From the NCBI GenBank assembly GCA_965644295.1, contig CBFFRP010000235.1, positions 1 through 64,000 on the forward strand: 64,000 nucleotides of DNA, read 5' to 3'. The translations under genes and the position numbers were made by a program. The notes beneath the pieces were generated by a model, which saw nothing but the letters and a program-made list of their open reading frames with translations, made no database searches and was not told the origin of the DNA. The first letter of the stretch is position 1, and every line of letters begins with the position of its first letter. This DNA comes from Paraphysomonas bandaiensis. Lineage: Eukaryota; Protista; Chrysophyceae. Shown here piece by piece: positions 39,129-50,179 of this stretch.

Positions 39129-41329
39129 ATGTTAAATAAGATAAAATTATATCTTTTATGTTTCTTTTTAATCCTTTTTCATTCATATGCTGGATGGATT
39201 GATCCAGACACTCCTCATAGTGTATATACGACTCATTCCTACTACAATCCTCATCTATATGATCTTATATTTAGTGATGAATTTGAGATGAATCAGCGAA
39301 CATTCTCGGATGGTAATGATCCTAAATGGACAGCAATAAATAAAAATGATTATACAAATGATGCTTTACAGTATTATAATGAACATTTAGTGAAAACTGA
39401 AAATGGTCATCTGGTGATCTCAACTATTAATAAAGACATCACATTCACTGCTAAAGATGATGAGAATGGGGGATATAAGAAAGTAATAAAGAATTATCAA
39501 TCTGGTATGGTACAAGGATGGAATAAATTTTGTTTTACTGGTGGGATTGTGGAAATATCAGCTCGTTTACCGGGGAATGCTTATATTGGAGGCCTTTGGC
39601 CTGCTATGTGGTTAATGGGGAATCTTGCCAGAGCGACTTATGTCCGTTCATCAGATAATATGTGGCCTTGGAGTTTTGATACGTGTGAAAGAGACCTACA
39701 AAAGAAACAAGAGCTCTCCAAATGTAACCGTGTGAACCATTATGGTATGAAAAAGTACAAAGGCCGCGGTGCTCCTGAGATAGATATCTTGGAGGCAATG
39801 CCTGGGAAAGAAAAGTTAAAGAATTCCGCGGTTAATAGGCCGTACTACTCTGCTTCTCTTCAACTTTCTCCGGGCCTAGCAGAAGGGAGACCGGACACTG
39901 GGCGTCGTCCAACGGAACCGTGGTATTCCGATGGATTAGAGTACGGTCGCAACACTTCCCTGAACGTGTATTTCTACGGTACTGTGTTGCAAATAGCTGA
40001 TAGGAAGGATCGAGATTATCAAACTGATGCAGTGTCAGCTAATAGGGGTCTTGAACCTACCCATTTCGATACTTTTCACACGTACCGCTTTGAATGGCAG
40101 GTGGGTGAAGAGGGATATCTGAGGTGGTATTTAGACGGGGAGCTAGTTTTTGGTCTAAATGCAAGCACCCTCAAGTTTTCCGGAGCGGTAATTCCGGAAG
40201 AACCTATGTAAGAGCATGGTCGTAAAATAGAGTACAACTGTAGTGCATAGCTAGTGAACTTTAGCTTCTGTGTATGTCTGTAATCATACATGTTTGGTCA
40301 TATATGTACGTTTTTGACATTCGAGTAATATTCTCCACAGGTATCTTATACTAAATACAGCAATAAGTAAAACGTGGGGGTTCCCACAACCTTGTCCTCC
40401 AGGTTGTAAGTGCACATGCTTCGACTGCAGTCAAACGAAGTGTCAGTGTGCACTTCCACATGATATGTGCAAGAATTTCCCAGCGAGTTTCCTTATAGAC
40501 TACGTGCGAGTTTACCAGACGAAGAGGTGAATAATCATATATATACGTGTGTATCTATTTTCACTAGAATCTAGTGATCCGACTCAGATTGTTGGGTGCT
40601 CCACACAGACACATCCAACCTCCCGATTTATTAAGGTAAGACTTATGGAAACGTGGTGTCATGTCAATCTGTAGAATATATATACGTTTTTCAGCACGTA
40701 TAGATCTGTATCAGCATACCTCATAGTACACCCAGGGGCACAGTGAGAGGTACACTCAGGAAGGGGAAAGTCAACCCCTTCAATCTATAAGGTAGGCTAT
40801 GGATATATCCTTGTATGGTTGATGGTGACGGTACCCGGCGCTTGTTAGACATGGCGGTGGGCGATGCCAACGGTCCTCTGAATGTGGAAGAGATGATGGT
40901 GGGAAATGCGTGAAGGGACGCTGTGAATGCCCAGATAACCTCACAGGACCACATTGCCGGGTATAATATGTGCTAGTTAATGAAATATTACTTTTGAGTG
41001 TACAGAATGTACATGTACTTTTAATGCAAGCGTGTATTTATTGTGTTGTGTAGGCATACCCTGGCTATGATGATATTAACTGGGATCCAGATAATACGGA
41101 CGACTGGCCAATGGAGTTTCGTTCTGTTTACATTCCAACAACGCTAAAGGTCTTTGTGGTCGTAGTTTTGGCTGCACTTGTTGGGGTGGTATATTACAAG
41201 CACCAGTACGATAGGGTGAGGCGTGGGATGTACAATGATATATCAATAGCTACCCCTGTGTCTCCAGACACTGACTCTAATGTCATTTCAAACCCGAGTA
41301 GGACATCTTATCAAGCCCTGGGATCATAG
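39129..41329 (+). CDS. KRE6/SKN1-type GH16 beta-glucan transglycosylase (TGS-like), multi-exon, C-terminal TM
   Basis: Signal peptide, WIDPDT, IFSDEF, SGMVQGWNKFCFTGG, GLWPAMWLMGNLAR, GRGAPEIDILE, IPEEPMYLILN, IDYVRVYQ; EGF-like Cys exon and a TM helix. Confidence 0.9.
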
Positions 41330-41778
41330 TGAAGGATTCTGTGCTAATTTTGAATAGTGTTGAATTTTTGTTGAATTTTTGTAGAATATATACATGTATA
41401 ATGAGGAGTGCTACCTATGGTGCTTGGAGTATGGGATGTGTATCGTTATTACGAACTGTTTTGTATAACATTGATGGTATATAAGCTTTTCCAAAATTAG
41501 GACTAAGTCAATCTTGTTAGGCTGTGCGTGTTCATTACTTGATTGGTCCTTCTTGATATGACATTTCTTACATGTGTGATCGGTAGGTTTGTAGTTTGTA
41601 GGCCTCATATATCAGTATAATATGTTCACCCTCAATTCAAATGAGACATAAAGTAATCATACCCTTATATTAAAAGTAACGTGTGATTCAATAGTTCCTC
41701 TACGTTGGAGATGAGATTAAAAAAACAGTATGCACATTTTAACGTGTTTGTTATCATCAACACCGGATATATTAGTAG

Positions 41779-42199
41779 TGAATGTCTTGTTATAGCAATA
41801 GGAGTTTAAGAGTCAGTGCTTAACTCTGATATCTACAAAATATGAAATCTGCTTGTGCGTCATCGCAAGGACCAATTTGCAACCACTTTCGCTTTATCAT
41901 TCAAAGCAAACGCAGTGAGCAAGCAGAATGTTAATATACCTGACAACTGCTGACTTCAGGATTTTTGAGCCCGGATGCTTGACTTCAGCAGGCAGCCCTA
42001 TACTCCGGTTACCCTTCAGGTGAGCCCAGTCCCGGATGCTTGCTTTCAGCAGGGAGTGTCCCTTGTACCACACAAGCATTTGGCTATGAGTGGACAGAAA
42101 TTTATCTGCTGGCTATATATAATATGCGGCTTACCTTAGTTTCCCAGAGAAATATACCCCATAACTCCACGAAAAGGTGCGAGACGGACTTTGTTGAGG
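41779..42199 (-). mobile_element. Diverged, near full-length copy of the ribozyme-like retroelement
   Basis: Homologous to the adjacent copy; shares the 5' end CCTCAACAAAGTC and the 3' end AAGACATTCA. Confidence 0.8.
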
Positions 42200-42439
42200 A
42201 AGACTGACATAAGGGGTGGTTAAACTTTAATAACTGAAAATGAACTTACACGGTAACCAATTAATAAAACTATAATCATCAGCTCTCATCATTCATGAAT
42301 GTTCGCTACAATTTTATTCTCTCAAATCTCAACTACCAATCGATACATCAGATCTTAGATATATAGACACGACCTTATAGAGTCAAAATATTTCAGTTTC
42401 CCTGCAATAATATATCCTGTCTGTCATGTCATAAGTATA

Positions 42440-42943
42440 TGGCAAGTCTTATTTTATTAGCAATAGGCGTTAAAAACCTGCACCAACTTAGTAGCTAGAT
42501 GAATGCTAGACAAACTATTCCTCTAACTCTACAGGTAGTTAGACCTCTACCTGTAACTAATCAGTACACACTTTCTTTATCCTACTATTTAACGCTACGG
42601 AAGCTGCTTGTGCGTCGCCGCAAGCACCAAGGTGCGACCACTTCCGCTCTGAGTTCTTAAGGTGAACATCCCGGATACTTGACTTCAGCAGGCAGCCCAA
42701 TACCCCGGTTACCCTTGAGGTGGGCCCATTCCCGGATGCCTGTTTATTCGGCAGGGCCCAAAGACGTCTACACAAGTGACACTTATTGGTGTCCCTTGTA
42801 CCACACAAGCATTCGGCTATGAGTGGGCAGAAGAATATCTGCTGACTATGTTTGCGGCTCACGTTAGTTTCCCAGAGAGAGTCTCCGGTACTTATCCCCT
42901 AGTAGAACACCACGAAAAGGTGCGATTCCGACTTTGTTGAGGG
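42440..42943 (-). mobile_element. Full-length copy of a ~500-nt non-coding retroelement (SINE/SIDE-like)
   Basis: Longest family member; ATGTCATAAGT occurs in both flanks (42426, 42953) as a possible imperfect TSD. Confidence 0.85.
42855..42942 (-). ncRNA. Degenerate HDV-like ribozyme fold at the element 5' end
   Basis: CCTCAAC-AAAGT-CGGAATCGC-ACC-TTTTCGT-GGT-GTT..GG-hairpin-CTAAC-GTGAGCCG matches the order P1, J1/2, P2, P3, L3, P3', P1', P1.1, P4, J4/2, P2'; P1 pairing is imperfect in these copies. Confidence 0.55.
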
Positions 42944-43477
42944 CTATGTCATATGTCATAAGTTCTTATAATACTGTTCGCCACTACACTGTGCTTTTTT
43001 AAAGTCATATTTCTATATATAACTTTTCTTCCACACTATCAGTCATACACTGCTCTCAGTGTTAATCGTATTATTGGTAACTAAATTATAAATTATATAC
43101 AATAATACATATTGCACGATAAGTAATTCCCAACAATAGAAACAACAACAAAACTCAATTACTTTGACATTGTTGGATGCTAATTGCGTAGCTTTTGGAT
43201 GCAACACTTCTGTTACCACCTGGGAATTCACACACAGATATACGTCTGTACCCATATTGTATAAATGAATAGTACATATTTAATATATATCGCCATTCCT
43301 TGTAATTCTCGACTGCAATAAATGCACAAAAATAATACCACACATTGCAACCATTCGAAAACTAGTAAATAGTATTTATTAGATAAACAAAGCGACTATT
43401 TATTCCACTACGTTTCCGAAAGCAGAACGCAGAATATTGCGACGTCATACAAGAGGCTAATGACTCATGGTAAAATC

Positions 43478-46400
43478 CTACAAGCTTAAGTATCCACGAG
43501 CAACTTTTTTCCACGTCTGTTGCTGTGCGGCCCGATAAGCGTTCCTGCTCATCACCTCATGATTCTCGTCGTTTTTGAGAATGTCAATAATTGCATCAGC
43601 AAGAGCATTCACATCTCTAAATGGTACCATCCTACCAGTGTTATTCCTAAGCATCTCCACAGCATAGGAGTAGGGTGTTGATACGGCGACCGTCCCCACA
43701 CTGAGCGCCATAGCCAGGGTGCCCGATACACTCTGTCCCTCATCCGTGTATGCGTTAACATAAACCCGCGCATTCTTAAGCATCATGTATAGGTCGCTAG
43801 TATGTGCAAAGCTCCTGTTGAAGAATATATTATCTGGAGCTGTCCAGCCAGCTTCCTCTTGGATTGCTTCGTAGTACTCCTCTGTGCCGACACCATTCGG
43901 ATGGGGGCGACCATGTATGAGGTAGACCGCATCAGGTACTTCCTCCAGAATTCTTGGCATGGCCCGTATCACATACTCTATACCCTTCATTTGGTGGAGT
44001 AGCCCATTTGAGAGAATGACTTTCTTGCCAGGATACAGAGTCTGCAGTGGAGTTCCATCGAACCGTTCATATTCTAAATCTGGCCCTCCGTGGGGAATTA
44101 CGGCGACATCCCTCGTGGGGATTGCGTGGTAGACATTCAGACTATGCCTCATTGAGTGAGTCATGACCACTATCTTCCTTGACAAGAAAGTCACTTGCTG
44201 GACCCACGAGTGTATATGCTCCTCAAGATTAACATGAACTGTATGTACTGTAGTAACGACGTTGGGGGCTTTCATTTCCCGCAACATACATATAAGGCTA
44301 TCACCATGCAGCATGCCGTACTCATATTGTACTAAGACAGTGTGATACTTGGCATCATTGATAAATTGTGCAGCTTCAACGTAGCTGATTGAGTCATGTT
44401 CTCTAAAAGTGGATTTGACTTCAGTAGAGTTATACACCGCAACATCTTCATCTTTGTGCTTTACAGCAATCACATCTACACGACTGCCCTGGGGACACAC
44501 TTCTAGTAGAGCATCTCTAAGTGCTTGACTAAAAGTGGCTATCCCACACATTCGCGGTGCCCACGTGGAAATAATTGCAACATTGCACAGCTGAGGATTA
44601 CCATTGAGGTGATATGCTGAGGAATTAGCTAGCATATTACGCTTTTTGTATCCCCGAAGTGCACACGTTTTGAACTTTCCAGAAAGAGACCATGAGATGT
44701 CCAGTTTCGATGCCACGACCTCACCGTGAAAAGGACAGTGTGAAGATGGGGAAAGCTGATCTTGTTGTGCCGGAATAACCTCCGCGTGAATCTTTGCAAC
44801 TCTACACAGAAGTAAATGTGTCAAAAAATGAGTGTTAAGTATGAGAAAATACCTCTCGACATAGTTACGGGCGACAACATCGGGAGAAAACTTTTCCATA
44901 TATAACTGACCACGACGTCCCAACTCCTTTCCAAACTCTCTGCAATCCACACAACTCAGATCACATTAATATCCCAAAATAGATTACCTATTACTATATA
45001 GCATTTGCATCAGCTCCTGCATATGATTCACGTCTACGCTTGCCCACTTGTACCCCGAAAGCCAGTTGTCTACATATTAATGCATCATACATCATTTAAC
45101 AGTGTCGTGGAAATTAACTGCCACCATACCACCAAACGTTGGAACCAACTTTGGAACATCTATGAGCAGTCCACTTTCTTGGGTAACAAACTCTGTCGAT
45201 CCACCCCAATTCGTAGTAATCACAGGCAGTCCCATAATCATTGCTTCGTGCGTTGGAAGACCCCATCCTGAATAGGGTAAGCATATATAACCTTACGCAA
45301 GTATAACGGCACCTTCTGCATGGGTTGGTAACACAAAGGCATCGCATGCCTTATAAAACATGACCAATTGCCAGGATGGAAGGTGCTCAGCAACAATCTC
45401 TATACGAGGGCCACTCTTGCCATCGGATGCATCAGATACTGGTAATCCCCTCCACTTCAAGTGATCATCGATCTCTCTGCGCATATATTACAGCACGCAA
45501 TGGCTTCTCAGTTATTACATACTTTCTAATGAGCGCAATGTTAAAGTTATCTTCTGATATCCCGGTGCCAGTGTGCATATAGGTTCTCAGAACGAGCACC
45601 ACGTTACTGGAATTTAGAAACTCCCGCATGAATCCCTCGACAAGTTCTTTGTATCCTTTTCTTCCTTCCATTTTAAAGACTGAGCAGAAAGCATACGGTC
45701 GTTCTGGGTCATCTCTAGCGTAGCCATCTAGAATCGTTCCTACAAGTTCTAGGTCAACAAATAGATGCCTATTTTCAGCAAGTCACCAGGTAGTGGGAGG
45801 TCGGTAACTGCATCTGGGTCAAAGTAGTATGAGTCCACAGTCTCAGGCATCACCTATTCGCCTACGGTCAGTAACATTTTCATTCTACTAAAAATATAAT
45901 GCCTGAATTTTTTCTGCTTGCACACCAGCATCAATAAAAGCTCCACGTTGCCATTCAGAAGGAACCCAAACCTCGTCAAGATTGTTGCAGTGATTCACCC
46001 AGGGGCGCGGTAAGGAATTCGTCTCATACATATACCGCCCAATCATATAGGACGTATCATGCGGAACCCAACGACCCATTTCTCTATAATCCCGCGCGTA
46101 AAGTACAACACTTCCATCCTCCTGCACATCGCTCGCTGCACAACCGTCGCAACCCTCCTCAGGGTGTAGGAAGCCCTACAGTAACGTAAGCTACATAGTC
46201 TCTTGCACAGTAAAATGTCACCTGGTATGGCTTTGTGAAAGTCTTCAGAGCCGACATCTCTAAAACATCTCTAAAGAACACAGGCATCCCTGCGTGATAC
46301 GATGTTATATTAACACAACTACTATTTACACAATCATCATACCTGATAGGGTATCTGAATGTTCACATACTTTGTACCTACGAATCAGGGTTCGTACATC

Positions 46401-48413
46401 GATATATCTGATACACCGGGGAATGCTGTTAGTAATCACGACCAACAAGAATATACTACTTACTTATACAAAGTCTGCAGGATTGTCGCTGCCTCAAGAC
46501 CCTGGGAACCACCACAATGAATGACCCAAGTCAGTTTGGCAGGGGTTAAATATGAGGCTTGGCGAAGTTCTTCCTGTGACTCTCTCCATTTTCCGGAAAA
46601 CGCATTGTGTGCCATTGTAGCTGGACCTGAGAGGCGCAGGGGACTGTATATCTGAGATGTATAGTCCGATAAGGAATCTGACCGCGAGAAGAGGGGTTCC
46701 AGGGATATTCCAACAGACATCCCTGTGATGGCAACTCTCAGTCCGATATCAGCTGCTCGAAGGCACAAGTCAGAGTCCTCGAACATTGGACTCATACTTT
46801 CACTGAATCCCCCAAGAGTACGCCATACATCCACAGAAAAACTCATCAAATGACGTGAAACTGCAGTAGCATTTTTGACGCCTCCTCTAGTGCGACTGTC
46901 CAGAGGCCAATATCCTCTACATCACATTACCGTAAGATCATGCACATCCATTCATATGAGAAAGTACACGTATCATGCTCGCCCGTGTACTATACCTGTA
47001 TCTATCGTGTGGGGTCAGCAATATCTCCGTCCCGCCAGTGTACGGTAGCTCAAACATCTCATAGCCAAAGTGTAGGATCTCGCCTCTGGGGCTCACCAAT
47101 TTTCCCCCAATAACAGACACAGGGGTATCCTGCGATGAGGAGAGCTCGTTTAGCATAAACCCAAGCCATCCATCCTCCAAATACATATGAGACGAAATAA
47201 ACGCAATATAATCAGGGGTAGTGATAGGAACTTGTTCATCCATTGATTCTAGGTAATTTCGTTCACCATTTAGAGCATTTTCCACCACTGCGTTAACCAC
47301 TGTTGCAAACGAATACACTGCTGCATCTCCAGTACCGTAGAGGGGTGGGACAGTAATATCGGCTACATATACGGTAGCCTTGCTACCTTTAATTGTACTC
47401 TGTACTTGTCGGAGAAGGGGCAATGCGGCCTCTTTGTGAGCAACGGTAAGAGGGATCACAATGCTCACAGATGCACCGTCTACAATATCCACACCGGCCA
47501 CTGCTGTCAACACTGCTTCCGCAATGTGGTTAGCGAACCAGTCTGGTGTCTTGGCATGTAGACGCTGCGAGTAAAATACTGGCCATAGTACGACCGTAGT
47601 AGTAGAACTCACACTTGTATCAGAATATACCCCCTCTGGAGTCTTGCATTCTTCGGAGTCTACATCCGCTGAAGGCGCTGAACATTGAGGAGATATATTG
47701 GGAACTTGAGGGGATGAATTGAGTTCCATATTAGCCTTCGTGTACCACGATATCGGGGGCCTATGCTGCCAGCTCAATATTCTCTGTGAATCACCCACAG
47801 AATGGTGCTGCAGCTCCGCATAGGTCAGTATGCGAGGCCACATCTGGACAGATACCACGTCACAGATCTGTTGAGTGGATTTGTCTTCCACATAAACGGT
47901 AATTTCCTTGGTATTAGCACCCCCAAATAGTGCTGTGATGGGACTAGATGACGTAGCGAAGAAGGGATTTTCTGAAATACTCGCAAAACATCGATTCCGA
48001 AGAACACCATCAAGAAACACGTACAAAACTACATGAGAATCTTCATATATAATCTGTACACTCAAACTATGATTTCTATTCGTATGAAGTCTATCATCAA
48101 GTGCACAATGTAGTGTTTCATCAGTTTGTAGTGGAAAATAGATTACAGGCTTTCTCCATGGAGCCTCTAATTCAATAGAGAATAAACGACGACGGTCTAT
48201 ATATGCACTAGCTACAATCTCCATACTTGTAGTAATATTTCCAACAATTGGAGATACTGTATGAGGAGATATGATCATATTTATTGTAATACCACATAAA
48301 AAATTACATTCTGTTTGATTTATATTTGGATATATATGCTTTTTACTATCATATGAATGAACGTGTAGAATAAGGAGATAGAAGAGTAGAATGAATCTTC
48401 TAATTGAATTCAT
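43478..48413 (-). CDS. Multi-domain glycosyltransferase (signal/anchor, LamG-like, GT2-like, two GT4 domains), multi-exon
   Basis: GGFSE..PMFEDSDLCLRA (GT2-like); YETNSLP, DEVWVPS, RKGYKELV, LPTHAEGWGLP..EAM..GLPVITTNWGG (GT4); STWAPRMCGIATFS, QSVSGTLAMALSVG..VSTPY (second GT4). Confidence 0.8.
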
Positions 48414-49399
48414 TGAATGAATTGATATGAGAATAGTTTGATAATAAGGAGAGAGATTGTTAGAATTGACTGTATCGCTATGCGACAGTCGAATGAATGT
48501 GGAATGAGTTCATCTTCTCTATAGTAAACACTGTACATGCTTTGCTTACGTAGATCTCCATATCTCACAAGTGTAAGTAGGATGGACGTTTAGAGACCCC
48601 TACAGGTATATAGTGTATGGTGGGAGTGTTATGAGGAGGTTGTTATAAAGGGGTAGTCCGAGTCGAAATATTCGCTGTAAAATTGTCATAATTTTATACT
48701 ATTTTTTTTTTGTAATTTTTCCTCCCACTGCGGACTGTATATTGTGGAATCGAAATTTTCATATTGTAAAAAATAAAATTGTATTTACTCAGATATACCG
48801 CCGTAAATACCGCCAACTTAAAAAAAAAAGTGTTGTGTTGTATTTCAGTAATACAGTGAACTACACCATCATATATACAGTACTATACAGCAGTGTATAG
48901 ATATGTATACTCACTCCATACACTCGTACACTAACAGGACATACACATACATACATCCATACGTATGCATCTTATTTTTCGGAAATAAATTGAAGCAAAA
49001 ATCTTCTACATTACTATACTATAACTGCGGCTAAAATACACATAATTGTTATCTCAATATATCAGGCAATTTTGAACAAAAACATACTTTAGTATATCAT
49101 ACATCAGACATATCCACTCCGCTCAGTCCAATGCAGTGTTCCTCTGCCTCTATCAGTCCATATACACTACTAATAGTTCTGATCAATAAGGTTTGATACT
49201 CATTATTATTGTGACTGATATATAAATGAATCAGCAGGAACTAAACATCAATGAAACAGTTGTGATTTCTCTAATTACAGAGGAATCTTTGGAGGAAGAA
49301 TCAACCCTTTCCGCTGACTACATTAGAGAAATCACAACTCTCTCATTTCCCTTTCCGCTGACTCTCCATAGACTCCTCTGTGCTACCGATGAGTTCATT

Positions 49400-49804
49400 G
49401 ACATCAAGATTAAGACGATGAGATGCACATCCAACTATGGGTACACCTATAATATATAGAAAAAGTTATAACATACGACGCTTTTATGATGGAGGGGTGT
49501 TACCGGAATCGTTCGCCAGCTTTCTGTTTGTAGCGCAGATATCCCCAATATAAAACTCAACTACGTCGCACACATTATCAACGTTAACCTCAACATTGAA
49601 TTTATTAAGAACATCCACAATAGTGTCGGACCGATCGGCGGCTGTGAAACAAAAAAATTTTCATCAGCAGGTAATATAATATATCATAATACTGATTGCA
49701 ATAATTTGCAATATTTGTGTGCGATTTTAACAGAAACAATATTGATGGAATATTTGGCCGGTCCACCAATCAATATATTTACAATATATTGTTCCCTAGC
49801 CCTG
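49400..49804 (-). mobile_element. Degenerate hAT-like transposon end with transposase remnant
   Basis: IGDICATNRKLANDS..GVPIVGC remnant homologous to 30180-30340; ends CAATATATTGTTCCCTAGCCCTG, the inverse of the TIR at 29746. Confidence 0.7.
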
Positions 49805-50179
49805 CTACTTGTAGCACGATTTTCAGTTATAACGGAGGTGATATAGCGACAAATTGTGGTCCTCAGCGATGCACAACATCATTCACACTACTAGTGTTTG
49901 TAAGCAGTGATACAGCGACAAAGTGACTGTGTGCAGTACATATACATCCAGGTTCTTAAATGCTAACTGTTGATGCGTTTGTAACTATGAGTAGCTAGTA
50001 GCTATACAACTTAAGGAGCTATCTACTATATAATTAATTGGTTAATATTTGAGCGTGCTGTCGAATGGGAACAGAAATGCATTGCTGTCATGGCGATTCT
50101 CGGAATAAAAATCAATTCTAGATACTTCAACTAGTTATGATTATACAATGCGATATGATACTCTATGTTGTTATCTACA

